Part shown: positions 21,661 through 32,218 of the stretch, in pieces
How the letters are laid out: each line of letters starts with the position of its first letter
Position numbering within the stretch: the first letter of the stretch is position 1
Assembly (NCBI GenBank): GCA_037443365.1
Contig: JBBIOM010000016.1
Span: forward strand, 1-47,641
Direction: 5' to 3'
DNA from: Armatimonadota bacterium
GTDB lineage: Bacteria; Sysuimicrobiota; Sysuimicrobiia; Sysuimicrobiales; Humicultoraceae
Length of the DNA: 47,641 nucleotides
Translations under genes and position numbers: made by a program
Notes under the pieces: generated by a model
Told to the model about the DNA's origin: nothing
The model's input: only the letters and a program-made list of their open reading frames with translations
Database searches by the model: none

Positions 21661-21764
21661 GGAAGGGAGACGTTGTCTTCACGTCAAAGACCCACCCACC
21701 GGCACAGATTCTGGCTGGTGTCTCACCACGGGTGACTCACCGGTGTCCCTTGGAGGAAGAGGCG

Positions 21765-23342
21765 ATGTGGAACCGGGCAGCAGCGATCCTGGTCGCATTC
21801 CTGATGGTTGCCGCAAGCGCCGTTGTGGCGGCTCCGGCAACGCCTCAGCGCGGCGGGGCGGCCGTCGTGGCCATCGGCGGCGACCCGGAGACCCTCAACC
21901 TGGGCATCACCACCGGCTACGCGGTCGGGGCAGTGGCCGCGAGCATCTTCAGCGGCCTGGTCTGGATAGACGCGCGGGGTGACATGCAGCCGTCTCTGGC
22001 CACCTCGTGGAGCACCTCGCCCGACGGGTTGATCTACACCTTCGAGCTGCGCCGAGGGGTCAGGTGGCACGACGGCCGGGCCTTCTCCGCCGTGGACGTC
22101 AAGTTCACGATGGAGCAGGTGACGGGTCTCTACCACGGGCGGTTCCGCCCTGCCTTCCTGAACTTCGAGTCCATCACCGTGACGTCGCCGTACTCGCTTC
22201 GCATCACCCTGAAGCGCCCCTACGCGCCGCTGCTGCGGCTGATGACGGTCTTCGACTGCCCGATCCTGCCGCGGCACATCTACCAGGGCGAGGACGTGAC
22301 GCGGCATGCCCGCAACAACGAACCGGTAGGCACCGGCCCGTTCAAGTTCCGCGAGTGGGTGCGCGGCGACCGGATCGTGCTGGAGCGCAACGACGCCTAC
22401 TGGGACCCTGTCTATCTCGACCGCCTGATCTTCCGGATCATCCCCGGCGCCGCAATGCGCGTGACCGCGCTTGAGGTCGGCGAGGTGGACCAGATCGCGG
22501 ACTTCTACCTGCCCAAGACCGACGTGGACCGGCTCAAGCGCAATCCCAACGTGCGCCTGCGCCTGGGCCAGCCCATCCCCTCGATGGGGTTCGTGTTCAT
22601 CAACACGCGCCGCGCCCCGCTGGACAACCCCAAGGTGCGGCGGGCGCTGGCGCTGGCGATCAACCGCGTGCAGATCGTGACCCAGGCGATGGGCAGCCTG
22701 GCGCGACCGGCCCGGGGGCCGTTCGGCGACGGGTTCAAGTGGGCCCACTCGCCCGAGGCCGACTACAACCGGCTCTACCCTTACAATGTCGATCAGGCCA
22801 ACGCCCTCCTGGACGAGGCAGGCCTGCCCAGGGGCGCCGGCGGCGAGCGCCCTGTGCGCCTTCGCATCGTCTACGACGCGGCGCGCGCCCCTCTGGCGGC
22901 CACGGCCGCGATCATAAGGGACAACCTGCGCGCGGTGGGGATTACCGTGGACCTTGCGCCGATGGACCGCGCCGTCATGATCGACCGCGTCTACACCCGA
23001 CCCGACTACGAGCTGACCGTGCAGACCTTCACCAGCGGCGGGGACCCGGCGATCGGATACCACCGCATCTACGCGTCAGCGGCGCCCGGGACCCCGTTCG
23101 TCAACGCCACCGGATACTCGAATCCAGAGGTGGACGCGCTGCTCGCCCGCGCCGCGGAGTTGCCCGACCGGGCCGCGCGCGGCAAGATCTACGCACAGGT
23201 CTCCAAGATCCTGGCGGCCGACCTCCCGACGCTGATGCTGTTTGATGAGGTCGGGGTGGACGCTTCGAGGGCTACGCTGCGGGGCGTGTGGGTGGGCGCG
23301 GAGACGCGCGACCGCTGGGACGCCGTCTGGGTCCAGAAGTAG
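21765..23342 (+). CDS. Peptide/nickel ABC transporter substrate-binding protein (family 5)
   Basis: Signal peptide; LRRGVRWHDG, DVKFT, PVGTGPFKF, VRRALALAINR. Confidence 0.9.
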   Translation: MWNRAAAILVAFLMVAASAVVAAPATPQRGGAAVVAIGGDPETLNLGITTGYAVGAVAASIFSGLVWIDARGDMQPSLATSWSTSPDGLIYTFELRRGVRWHDGRAFSAVDVKFTMEQVTGLYHGRFRPAFLNFESITVTSPYSLRITLKRPYAPLLRLMTVFDCPILPRHIYQGEDVTRHARNNEPVGTGPFKFREWVRGDRIVLERNDAYWDPVYLDRLIFRIIPGAAMRVTALEVGEVDQIADFYLPKTDVDRLKRNPNVRLRLGQPIPSMGFVFINTRRAPLDNPKVRRALALAINRVQIVTQAMGSLARPARGPFGDGFKWAHSPEADYNRLYPYNVDQANALLDEAGLPRGAGGERPVRLRIVYDAARAPLAATAAIIRDNLRAVGITVDLAPMDRAVMIDRVYTRPDYELTVQTFTSGGDPAIGYHRIYASAAPGTPFVNATGYSNPEVDALLARAAELPDRAARGKIYAQVSKILAADLPTLMLFDEVGVDASRATLRGVWVGAETRDRWDAVWVQK

Positions 23343-23374
23343 CCAGGGACAAGGCGCGCGCCGAAGGCGGGACC

Positions 23375-24358
23375 GTGACATCTGGAGGCACACCGCTCTG
23401 GCGGTACGCGGTGGGACGGCTGCTGCAGGCCGTCCCATTGCTCATTGGTGTAATAGTAGTTAACTTCCTCCTGATATCCCTTGCGCCGGGCGATCCGGTG
23501 ACCACGCTGCTCGGCGAGTACCCGGCCCCGCCGGAGTATGTCGCGAAACTAAGGAGCGAACTCGGTCTCGACCGGCCGGCGCCTGTTCGGTTGGCGCTCT
23601 ACGCCTGGAACGTGGCACGCGGGGAGTTGGGATACTCGTTTGCCTACCGCATGCCCGTGTCCACGCTCGTAGCAGGGCGCCTCGGGAACACGTTTCTCCT
23701 GATGGCGACCGCCCTTTCGCTCGCGGCGCTCCTGGGAGTCGGGCTTGGCGTCGCCGCGGCACGCCGGCGGGGCTCGGGGCTGGATGGCGCGGCCACCGGC
23801 ATATCGCTGGCCGGGTTCTCCATCCCCGACTTCTGGCTGGCGCAGCTGCTGGTGCTGCTCTTCGCGGTGTTCCTGGGATGGCTGCCGGCGCAGGGGATCC
23901 GCTCGGTCCGCGAAGAGCACACAGGGCTGGCTGCCGTCCTGGATGTGACGCGGCATCTGATTCTGCCCGCATCCGCGCTCTCGTTTCGCTACATGGCGCT
24001 CATCGCCCGTCTCACGCGCGCCTCGATGCTCGAGGCGATGAGCCAGGACTTCATCCTGGCCGCGCGCGCCCGCGGCCTCCCGGAGCGCCTGGTGCTGCTC
24101 CAGCACGGGTTGAGGAACGCCGCCCTGCCTGTTGTGACCGTGATCGGCTACAACTTCGCCTTCGTGCTGGCAGGGTCGGCGCTGGTAGAGACTGTCTTTG
24201 GCTGGCCAGGCGTGGGCCGGCTGCTGTACGACGCGATCCTGCAGCGCGACACCCCTGTTCTGCTGGGCGTGCTGCTCACGGTTTCCGCGACCGTCGTTGT
24301 CGTGAACCTACTTACCGATCTTCTCTACGCGGTCCTGGACCCGCGGGTGAGGTACTGA
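23375..24358 (+). CDS. Peptide ABC transporter permease (DppB-like)
   Basis: LAPGDP, GELGYS, HLILP, ARARGL, VETVFGWPG, LDPRVRY. Confidence 0.9.
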   Translation: MTSGGTPLWRYAVGRLLQAVPLLIGVIVVNFLLISLAPGDPVTTLLGEYPAPPEYVAKLRSELGLDRPAPVRLALYAWNVARGELGYSFAYRMPVSTLVAGRLGNTFLLMATALSLAALLGVGLGVAAARRRGSGLDGAATGISLAGFSIPDFWLAQLLVLLFAVFLGWLPAQGIRSVREEHTGLAAVLDVTRHLILPASALSFRYMALIARLTRASMLEAMSQDFILAARARGLPERLVLLQHGLRNAALPVVTVIGYNFAFVLAGSALVETVFGWPGVGRLLYDAILQRDTPVLLGVLLTVSATVVVVNLLTDLLYAVLDPRVRY

Positions 24359-25227
24359 TGTCGGTGGACATCTCGGCAGAGACCCCGCCCGCGGCCGACG
24401 GGCACGAGTTCTGGCGCCGCTTCCGCCGGAGCCGCGCAGGCGTGCTCGGCCTCTGCCTGGTCGTTCTCCTGGTTGCAGTCGCCCTGGCCGCGCCGCTGCT
24501 TGCGCCGCGCGACCCTCAGACCACCTCCATGGCCGCGCTCAATCACCCCGGGACGCCAGGGCATCCGCTCGGGACGGACAACCTGGGGCGCGACATCTAT
24601 AGCGGCGTGCTCTGGGGGAGCCGCGTCTCGCTCACCGTCGGCGTCTGCGCCGCCGCCACCGCGGTGCTCCTCGGTGTACTCATCGGCTCGCTGGCCGGCT
24701 TCTATGGGGGTTGGACGGACGCGGTCCTGGGGCGCATCACCGAGCTGTTCCAGGTGATCCCGCGGTTCGTGCTGGCGCTGCTCGTGGTTGCGCTCTTCGG
24801 CAGTGGCCTGTGGAAGCTTATCGCCGTGATAGGGATTCTCTCCTGGCCACAGGCCGCGCGCGTCGTGCGCGGCCAGGTCATGGCGCTGCGCGGCGCTGCC
24901 TACGTGGACGCCGCGCGCGTGCTCGGGCTGCGCAACGCCCGCATCATCTTCTCGGAGATACTGCCCAACGTGCTGGCGCCGGTGGTGGTGATCGGGACCC
25001 TGGATGTGGCCGGCGCCATACTGCTCGAAGCCAGCCTGGGCTTCTTCGGTCTGGGGGATCCCAACCTGATGTCGTGGGGGATGATGCTGAACAACGCGCA
25101 GGCCCACCTGCGCGAGGCATGGTGGATGAGCGTGTTTCCGGGTGTGGGCATCTCGCTGGCGGTGCTGGGGTTCAATCTGCTGGGCGACGGTCTCAACGAC
25201 GCGGCCAACCCCCGGCTCGATGTGTGA
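24358..25227 (+). CDS. Peptide ABC transporter permease (DppC-like)
   Basis: HPLGTDNLGRD, AARVVRG, ILPN, EASLGFFGLG, NLLGDGL. Confidence 0.9.
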   Translation: MSVDISAETPPAADGHEFWRRFRRSRAGVLGLCLVVLLVAVALAAPLLAPRDPQTTSMAALNHPGTPGHPLGTDNLGRDIYSGVLWGSRVSLTVGVCAAATAVLLGVLIGSLAGFYGGWTDAVLGRITELFQVIPRFVLALLVVALFGSGLWKLIAVIGILSWPQAARVVRGQVMALRGAAYVDAARVLGLRNARIIFSEILPNVLAPVVVIGTLDVAGAILLEASLGFFGLGDPNLMSWGMMLNNAQAHLREAWWMSVFPGVGISLAVLGFNLLGDGLNDAANPRLDV

Positions 25228-25233
25228 AGGGCC

Positions 25234-26217
25234 GTGAGCGCGAGCGGACCTCTCCTGCTGATTGAGGACCTCCACACGCACATCCCGACGCCCAGGGGCG
25301 TGGTGCGCGCGGTTGACGGCGTATCGCTGTCTCTTGCTCCGGGAGCCTCCGCGGGCCTGGTCGGCGAGTCCGGATCAGGCAAGACGATGACGGGGTTCTC
25401 GATCCTGCGCCTGTTCCCCACGCAGGCCGCGCGCATCGTGCGCGGCCGGATCACGCTTGCCGGGCGCGAGCTGCTCTCCCTCACCGAAGAGGAGATGCGC
25501 CGGGTGCGCGGCGGCGAGGTTGCGATGATCTTCCAGGATCCGACCACGTACCTCGATCCGGTGCTGCCGGTCGGGCAGCAGGTGGCCGAGGCGTACGCGG
25601 TGCGCCACGGCTGGGAGCAGGCGCGGGCCAAGGCGGTCGAGGCACTGGCCCTGGTCGGCCTGCCCGACCCCGGCGAGACCTACCGCCGCTTCCCCCACGA
25701 GCTCTCGGGCGGTATGCGCCAGAGGGCCGTGATCGCCATGGCGATCGTGTGCCGGCCCGCGCTGCTGATCGCCGACGAGCCGTCAACGGCCCTGGACGTG
25801 ACCATCCAGGCGCAGGTCCTGGACGTGCTCGGGCGCCTTCGCCGCGAGATGGGGATGGCGCTGCTTCTGATCACGCACGATCTGGGCGTCGTGGCCGAGA
25901 TCTGCGAGACGGTGCACGTCATGTACGCCGGACGGATCATCGAGTCGGCACCGGCCGAGGTGCTTTTCGCGTCCCCGGGGCATCCCTACACACAGGGTCT
26001 GCTGGCCGCCACGCTGGGCATTGACGAGGCCCGACCCATCACCCGGGTGCTGGAGGGAGCGGTGCCTGACCTGGCCCGCCTGCCGCGCGGGTGCCGGTTC
26101 CATCCCCGATGTCCGGCCGTGATGCAGCGCTGCCGGGTCGAGGACCCTCCGGCGTTCCGCCTCGGGGAGGATCACATCGTCGAGTGCTGGCTCCACGCGA
26201 GCGGGGCCGCGCCGTGA
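25234..26217 (+). CDS. Peptide ABC transporter ATP-binding protein (DppD-like)
   Basis: [21 protein letters not shown]-terminal GCRFHPRC. Confidence 0.9.
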   Translation: MSASGPLLLIEDLHTHIPTPRGVVRAVDGVSLSLAPGASAGLVGESGSGKTMTGFSILRLFPTQAARIVRGRITLAGRELLSLTEEEMRRVRGGEVAMIFQDPTTYLDPVLPVGQQVAEAYAVRHGWEQARAKAVEALALVGLPDPGETYRRFPHELSGGMRQRAVIAMAIVCRPALLIADEPSTALDVTIQAQVLDVLGRLRREMGMALLLITHDLGVVAEICETVHVMYAGRIIESAPAEVLFASPGHPYTQGLLAATLGIDEARPITRVLEGAVPDLARLPRGCRFHPRCPAVMQRCRVEDPPAFRLGEDHIVECWLHASGAAP

Positions 26218-27239
26218 TCCTGGAAGCGCGCGATCTGACGAAGCGGTTTCCATGGGGGCGGACCTTCACGGGCGTGCGCGCCTGGGTGCGCGCCGTGGAG
26301 GGCGTCTCTCTGGGCGTGGCCGAGGGTGACACCCTGGCGCTCGTGGGCGAGTCCGGATCGGGTAAGACCACGGTGGGCCGCATGCTGGCCGGGCTGGAGA
26401 CCCCCACATCGGGCGAGGTGCACTATCGCGGGCAGGCGCTCTCGGCCCTCGCCGGCGAATCCCGGCGGGAGTTCCGGTACGGCGTGCAGATGGTGTTTCA
26501 GGACTCGCAGGCCTCCCTGAATCCCCGCAAGACCGTGGCGCGGATACTCGAGGTGGCGCTCTCCGTGCGCGGGGTGCCTGCTGGAGCGCGCCGTGATGCA
26601 GCGGCCGATCTGCTGGTCGAGGTCGGCCTGGAGCCCCCGGGGGTGTTCCTCGGGCGCTTTCCCCACCAACTCTCGGGCGGCCAGCGGCAGAGGATCAACG
26701 TGGCCCGCGCGCTGGCGGTTGATCCCGCAGTGATCATCGCCGACGAGCCGGTCTCGGCGCTCGACCTCTCCGTGCGGGCGCAGATCCTCGTGCTGATGCA
26801 GCGCCTCCAGCAGCAGCGGCGCGTCGGCTACCTGTTCATAAGCCACGACCTGGCCGTGGTGCGTTCGGTGGCGCGTCGCGTCGTGGTGATGTACCTGGGG
26901 CGGATCGTTGAAGAGGGCCCCACCGAGGCGGTCTTCGGTCGGCCCGTGCATCCGTACACCGAGGCCCTACTCTCGGCCACCCCGGTTCCCAATCCGCGTC
27001 TCGCCAGGTTGCGCCGCCGGATCATCCTTCCGGGTGACGTGCCCTCACCTGTGGCGCCGCCTCCGGGCTGCGCGTTTCACCCCCGCTGCCCGGTCGCGGT
27101 GGAGATATGCCGCCGTGAGTTCCCGCCGCCGGTGCATGCCGGGGAAGGGCACACCGCGCTCTGCCACCTGGGGGCGCGGCGTGTGCCTCACATCAAGTCG
27201 CCCACGGCGTCACGGAACCTGCGCACCGCCTCGATGTGA
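26214..27239 (+). CDS. Peptide ABC transporter ATP-binding protein (DppF-like)
   Basis: [36 protein letters not shown] overlap with the upstream gene. Confidence 0.9.
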   Translation: MILEARDLTKRFPWGRTFTGVRAWVRAVEGVSLGVAEGDTLALVGESGSGKTTVGRMLAGLETPTSGEVHYRGQALSALAGESRREFRYGVQMVFQDSQASLNPRKTVARILEVALSVRGVPAGARRDAAADLLVEVGLEPPGVFLGRFPHQLSGGQRQRINVARALAVDPAVIIADEPVSALDLSVRAQILVLMQRLQQQRRVGYLFISHDLAVVRSVARRVVVMYLGRIVEEGPTEAVFGRPVHPYTEALLSATPVPNPRLARLRRRIILPGDVPSPVAPPPGCAFHPRCPVAVEICRREFPPPVHAGEGHTALCHLGARRVPHIKSPTASRNLRTASM

Positions 27240-28081
27240 TCATCGGGCGCCTCCAGGCCCGCGCGCATCGTGACGAAGCAGAGGTGCGTGGCGCCCAGCG
27301 TCTGCCACTCCTCGGCCTGGCGCCGCCAGTCCGCGGGCGTGTCCCCACCCGCGGCCACGCGCCCCTCGATGCCAAACGAGGCAGGGTCGCGCCCCGCGGC
27401 CCGGAGGTGCGCACGCAGGGAATCAACGAGCTCCCCCGGCTTCCTGGCGGGGCCGCGCCTGTACGGGTTGGGCAGGCCTCCACCGAAGAACCAGCCGTCG
27501 GCGATCCGGGCGCCCCGCCGCAGCGCTGCTTCCGACGCGCCCCCCATCCAAACAGGAATCGGCCGCTGCACAGGGAGCGGGTTCAGGCCGGCCTCGACAA
27601 TCGTGTGCCACCGCCCCCGGTAGGTCACGATCTCCTGGGTCCACAGCGCCCGCAGCACCCTCACCTGCTCTGCGATGCGGGAGCCGCGGTTGCCGAAGTC
27701 CAATCCCAGCGCCTCGTACTCCACAGGGTTCCATCCGAGCCCCACGCCCAGCCGCAGGCGGCCGCCGCTCAGCACGTCCACCTCGGCCGCCTGCTTGGCG
27801 ACCAGCGCGGTCTGGCGTTGCGGCAGGATGATAATCCCGGTGGCGAGCTCGAGCCGCCGCGTGACGCCGGCCAGGTAGCCGAAGAGCACGAAGACCTCGT
27901 GGAAGGGATCGTCCATATCGTATCCAAGCCATCCGGGCCGGTTGGCGGTATCGGCGCCAAGCACGTGATCGTAGGCCACCAGGTGGCGGAAGCCCAGCGT
28001 CTCGGCGGCCTGCGCGAAGTCGCGGATAACGGCGGGATCGCTGCCTATCTCGGTCTGGGGGAAGACTACGCCAAGGCGCAT
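27188..28081 (-). CDS. LLM-class, probably F420-dependent, oxidoreductase
   Basis: MRLGVVFPQTEIG, YDHVLG, ILPQRQTALVAKQAAEVD, GLGWN-EY, PVWMGG; RBS AGGAGG. Confidence 0.87.
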   Translation of the reverse strand: MRLGVVFPQTEIGSDPAVIRDFAQAAETLGFRHLVAYDHVLGADTANRPGWLGYDMDDPFHEVFVLFGYLAGVTRRLELATGIIILPQRQTALVAKQAAEVDVLSGGRLRLGVGLGWNPVEYEALGLDFGNRGSRIAEQVRVLRALWTQEIVTYRGRWHTIVEAGLNPLPVQRPIPVWMGGASEAALRRGARIADGWFFGGGLPNPYRRGPARKPGELVDSLRAHLRAAGRDPASFGIEGRVAAGGDTPADWRRQAEEWQTLGATHLCFVTMRAGLEAPDDHIEAVRRFRDAVGDLM

Positions 28082-28123
28082 CCGGGGATTCCTCCTGCGG
28101 AGGTGTTGGGCTGAATCCCCTTC

Positions 28124-28132
28124 AGTATAGCA
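28124..28132 (-). promoter_or_regulatory. Extended -10 element (TGcTATACT) upstream of the LLM gene
   Basis: Minus strand reads TTGCTATACT about 45 nt upstream of ATG 28081. Confidence 0.5.
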
Positions 28133-28213
28133 ACGACAGACCCGCTTTGCGGGGAAGCCCGCCAACCCCGTCGAACAATGCACGAACAACTCGTGCCATC
28201 TGGAGGCAAAGCC

Positions 28214-28948
28214 ATGTCGCTTCACGCGCGCGTGTTCGCCGGGGATAGCATCGAAGAAGCAACGATCGACGGATCGTCGGTTATAACGGCCTCCGGCCGC
28301 AGGATCCCGGTCGCTGATGCCCGGTTCTCCACGCCCTCCACGCCCAGCAAGATCATCTGCGTTGGACTCAACTACAGGGACCACGCGCGCGAGATGGGCC
28401 GGGAACTGCCCGCGGAGCCGCTGTTCTTCTTCAAGCCCCCGAGCGCGCTGCTGGCGCACGGCGATGCCATTGTCTACCCGTGCGAGACCAGGCGGCTCGA
28501 GTACGAGGGCGAGTTGGCCGTGGTGATCGGCCGGAGATGCCGCAACATCCGTCTTGGGGACGTGCGCTCGGTGATCCTGGGCTACTCCATCTTCAACGAC
28601 GTCACCGCCCGGGACATCCAGAACGTGGAGGGGCAGTGGTTTCGCGCCAAGGGCTTTGATACGTTCGCTCCATACGGGCCTGTTGTCGCCACGCACATTG
28701 ACCCCTCGAACCTGCGCCTGGTGACGCGCGTCAACGGGACTGTCAGGCAGGACTCGTCAACCCGGGAACTGGCCTTTGACGTCCCGATGCTCGTGGCGAT
28801 GGCGTCACGCATCATGACGCTTGAGCCCGGGGACATCATCGCCACCGGGACCCCTTCCGGCGTCGGGCCGCTTCAGCCGGGCGACGAGGTCTCGATCGAG
28901 ATCGAGGGGATTGGAACTCTCACGAACAGGGTCACGTCAGAGGGGTAG
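28214..28948 (+). CDS. Fumarylacetoacetate hydrolase family protein
   Basis: KIICVGLNY, FFKP, EYEGELAVVIG, NDVTARD, KGFDTF, TGTPSG. Confidence 0.9.
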   Translation: MSLHARVFAGDSIEEATIDGSSVITASGRRIPVADARFSTPSTPSKIICVGLNYRDHAREMGRELPAEPLFFFKPPSALLAHGDAIVYPCETRRLEYEGELAVVIGRRCRNIRLGDVRSVILGYSIFNDVTARDIQNVEGQWFRAKGFDTFAPYGPVVATHIDPSNLRLVTRVNGTVRQDSSTRELAFDVPMLVAMASRIMTLEPGDIIATGTPSGVGPLQPGDEVSIEIEGIGTLTNRVTSEG

Positions 28949-28951
28949 GGC

Positions 28952-29281
28952 ATGCCCTCGAAGACGCGCTTCCCTCAGGAGATCGTTGGGCCGGCGATCG
29001 GGGTCGTCGGGCGCGGAATCCGCTATTCAAGGGCGGACACGCACCTGTGCTGCCGGATGGTTGTGGTCCGCAGGCAGATCCAGAAGAGGCGGATCGCACT
29101 GACCGAGTTCTGGACAGGCGACGGGTGCCGCTGCATGTGCTTCTCTCAGATCGAGGCCAACCTCACCAATCTTGCGTCGGGGGAGTACGAGATCACCGTC
29201 TACAGCGCCGGTGTTGAGCCCATCACGGGCAGACAGCTGGAGCCGAAGGTGCTCCTGACGCAGAAGGTGAGGATACCGTAG
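28952..29281 (+). CDS. Cys-rich hypothetical protein, possibly N-terminally truncated
   Basis: HLCC...GCRCMC...LASGEYEITV pattern; codon usage looks coding. Confidence 0.55.
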   Translation: MPSKTRFPQEIVGPAIGVVGRGIRYSRADTHLCCRMVVVRRQIQKRRIALTEFWTGDGCRCMCFSQIEANLTNLASGEYEITVYSAGVEPITGRQLEPKVLLTQKVRIP

Positions 29282-29288
29282 GCCGGCT

Positions 29289-30122
29289 CTACCCCAGAGA
29301 GGTATTGCGAAGTGGACCGGCAACCATGCCGTAGAGCTCCGGCCGTCTGTGCCGCAGCGAGGGGTTCTTCTCACGCACCCGGCGCACCCGGTCAAGGTCC
29401 ACCTCGGCCACGATGAGCCCCTGCTCTTCGCCGCCGTCTGCCACGATTACGCCCATGGGGTCAACCACAAGCGATCGGCCGATGCGGTCGTGTCGGACCT
29501 GATTCGCCGTGATGAACCAGCACGTGTTCTCGATCGCCCTGGAGCGTACCAGCGTGACCCAGTGATCTTCTTTGAGCGGACCACTTACCCATGATGTCGG
29601 CACCACGATGACCTCGGCACCGCCCAGGGCCAGCAGCCGGGACCACTCGGGAAAGCGCACGTCGTAGCAGATCTGCAGCCCGAGGTGTCCCAGCGGGGTT
29701 TCAACCACGGGAGGCGGCGCGCTGGCCGGTACGATCCAGTCCGACTCCCGCCCGCTGAAGGCGTCGTAGAGATGGACCTTCCTGTAGGCGGCCAGGCAGT
29801 TGCCCTCGGGCGAGAGCAGCACCGCGGTGTTGTAGGCCCTGTTGGTCTCGCCCGGGGCCCTCTCCAGCATACCGACGACCAGGTGCAGCCCGTGCTTCCG
29901 TGCGGCGTCTGCAATCGCCTGGATAAACGGCCCGTCAATCGGCTCGGCGATCTGGCCAAGCGGCGTGGTCAGGTCTGCCGGCCGCTGGTACATGTACGTC
30001 TCGGGGAAGACCAGCAGATCCACTCCTTTATCTCCGGCCTCGGCTGCCAACTCAATCGCCCGGGCCTGGTTGGCCGCCACGTCCGGCGCCGGCCCGATCT
30101 GCACCAAGCCTACACGCATCAC
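29289..30122 (-). CDS. Carbon-nitrogen hydrolase (Nit/nitrilase family)
   Basis: Catalytic E-K-C triad in VFPE, YRKVHL, ICYDVRFPE; SRAIEN. Confidence 0.9.
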   Translation of the reverse strand: MMRVGLVQIGPAPDVAANQARAIELAAEAGDKGVDLLVFPETYMYQRPADLTTPLGQIAEPIDGPFIQAIADAARKHGLHLVVGMLERAPGETNRAYNTAVLLSPEGNCLAAYRKVHLYDAFSGRESDWIVPASAPPPVVETPLGHLGLQICYDVRFPEWSRLLALGGAEVIVVPTSWVSGPLKEDHWVTLVRSRAIENTCWFITANQVRHDRIGRSLVVDPMGVIVADGGEEQGLIVAEVDLDRVRRVREKNPSLRHRRPELYGMVAGPLRNTSLG

Positions 30123-30214
30123 TGATCACCCCCGGGTCGTTAACGGTCGCTCTTCGCCCCGCCGCTGTATATCCTGCATGCGCGGGCTTGTTGTAACGCG
30201 CTCTGGCAAAGGCC

Positions 30215-30565
30215 CTACACCGTGATGACGTGGTCGGCTTCCATCAGCAGGCCGACGATGTCCTTCATTCCAACCACTTCGCCAACCGCAACCCTGTCGG
30301 ACAAGTTGAAGTGTGCAAGACATGTTCCGCATACTAACAGGCGCACTCCCATTCCCGCCAGGAGTTGCAGACTCGCGACAACCTGCGAGCCATCACAAAC
30401 CAGCTTGACACCCTCGGTATAGAAGCACATGGCAGTTGGCCTGATTGCCTCACCCTCGACGGCGTGTAGGAAACGATCGAACATCTCCACACCGAACGCC
30501 ATGTTGTCGGGCTGGGTTACGCCCAGCCCTGCCTGACGAACCAACACCGTGACCTTACGCTCCAT
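30215..30565 (-). CDS. DsrE family protein (resembles the YedF C-terminal domain)
   Basis: CFYTEGVKL, LVCGTCL, VGEVVGM; RBS GGAGGAGG. Confidence 0.8.
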   Translation of the reverse strand: MERKVTVLVRQAGLGVTQPDNMAFGVEMFDRFLHAVEGEAIRPTAMCFYTEGVKLVCDGSQVVASLQLLAGMGVRLLVCGTCLAHFNLSDRVAVGEVVGMKDIVGLLMEADHVITV

Positions 30566-30809
30566 CTGGGGGCCTCCTCCGTGCGCGATAGCATGCGGCT
30601 CTCTATTTGGGGCGTGCGCTGGATCCTGGCACATCTTCCACGGGCGACCCCCAGCCCCCTACGACAGGCGGGGCGATCCCCGCGTCAGGATTTGATGATA
30701 GAAAGGCCCTACCTGTCTCCAAGTGGAAGGTGTTCCGCCGGTGGCCCAGCGAAGAATGGGTCGTCCCTGCAGGGATAGTAGTGCTCGACGAAGAGGAGGG
30801 TTGACTGCC

Positions 30810-32210
30810 GTGCAACGCCGGCGCACGACGACGCTCGCGATTCTGGTATCCCTGGCTGTCATGCTCACCTCGTTCGGGGCGATCGGTTTCGCCTCGGAGC
30901 CCGGATCGCCCAAGTACATCATCATCATGTTCGCGGACGGCGCGGGCCCCGGGACGTTTGAGCTGGGCCGCCTCTACCACAAGGAGGTATTGCGCAAGGG
31001 TTTCATCACCACCGACGTCATCATGGCCAACAACCTTGGGTTGATGATACACACCTGCGCCCAGGCCCTGGTGTGCGACTCCGCGGCCGCGGCCACGGCC
31101 ATGTTCACCGGGTACAAGACCAACATCGGCATGATCGGGATGACGCCGAACAAGCAGCCCGTGCGCAACCTGGCCGAGGCCGCCAAGGACAGGGGCTACC
31201 GGATAGGGCTGGTCTCGACCGACGCGGTATGGGACGCCACGCCCGGCGCCTTCGCGGCCCACGCCGAGTCGCGCAGGGATGCGCACCTGATCGCCGAGCA
31301 GTATGTCGCCCTGGAGCCGACGATCGTGCTCGGCGGCGGCAGGGGCGCCTTCGTGCCCAAGGCCGCCGGCGGCGAGAGGACCGACGGCAGAGACCTCCTC
31401 GCCGAACTGCGCGCGCGCGGGTACTCGGTCGTCGCGACAGGCGACGAGCTGCGCAAGACAACCGGCGGCAAGGTGTTCGGGCTCTTCGATATGGGCGCGT
31501 TGAGTTTCGAGATCGAGCGGGATCCTGATGAGCCCTCCTACGCGGAGATGGTGGCCGCGGTCCTTCGCGTCATGAAATCCAGCCCGGGCAAGTTCATTGC
31601 CATGCTCGAGAACGAGAACACCGACGCGGCGACGCACGACAACGATCTTCCCGCAACGCTGGCGGCGCTCGAGGAGTTCGAGCGCGGTGTCAGGCTGGCC
31701 TACGGCTTCTACCTGGCGCACCCGAAGGAGACCCTGCTGATCGTCACCTCCGACCACGACACGGCCGCGCCCGGGCTGACCTACGCCCAGCGTAGCCTGT
31801 CGCATGCCGCCAGCGCCGACCGCGTCTACCCGACCGCCGCGCACCTGGCGGCGGCCCGCGTGGCCCGGACCTCGGTCAACACCGCCTCGACGCGGCTCGG
31901 CGCGCGCCCGACCGCCGCGGACCTGGACAGGGTCATCAGCGAATCCTACCCGGGACTGGTGATGCACGAGCGCTACCGACAGCACATCCTGCGCAACGAG
32001 ATGATCAACGCCGCCCTTGCGCGGCGCATAAGGCAGAGCGCGTTCGGCATGATGCTCGCCGAGCACACGCTCGTCTACTGGGGATCCACCGGTCACACCC
32101 ACATCCCGGTGCCGGTCGCGGCGATCGGGGTCGGGGCAGAACGCTTTAGGGGCTACATGGACAACACCAAGTTCGCGCAGATCCTGTTCGATCTGATGGG
32201 AGGGCGCTAG
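30810..32210 (+). CDS. Alkaline phosphatase (PhoA-type), secreted
   Basis: Signal peptide; ADGAG, DSAAAATA (catalytic Ser), ATP-AF-AH, E-x3-D-x3-H, SDH, GHT. Confidence 0.87.
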   Translation: MQRRRTTTLAILVSLAVMLTSFGAIGFASEPGSPKYIIIMFADGAGPGTFELGRLYHKEVLRKGFITTDVIMANNLGLMIHTCAQALVCDSAAAATAMFTGYKTNIGMIGMTPNKQPVRNLAEAAKDRGYRIGLVSTDAVWDATPGAFAAHAESRRDAHLIAEQYVALEPTIVLGGGRGAFVPKAAGGERTDGRDLLAELRARGYSVVATGDELRKTTGGKVFGLFDMGALSFEIERDPDEPSYAEMVAAVLRVMKSSPGKFIAMLENENTDAATHDNDLPATLAALEEFERGVRLAYGFYLAHPKETLLIVTSDHDTAAPGLTYAQRSLSHAASADRVYPTAAHLAAARVARTSVNTASTRLGARPTAADLDRVISESYPGLVMHERYRQHILRNEMINAALARRIRQSAFGMMLAEHTLVYWGSTGHTHIPVPVAAIGVGAERFRGYMDNTKFAQILFDLMGGR

Positions 32211-32218
32211 AGCCAGAG

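Noticed and set aside
28082..28696. N-terminal extension of the LLM ORF
   Set aside because: It is antisense to the FAH gene; the real start at ATG 28081 has an RBS and a promoter.
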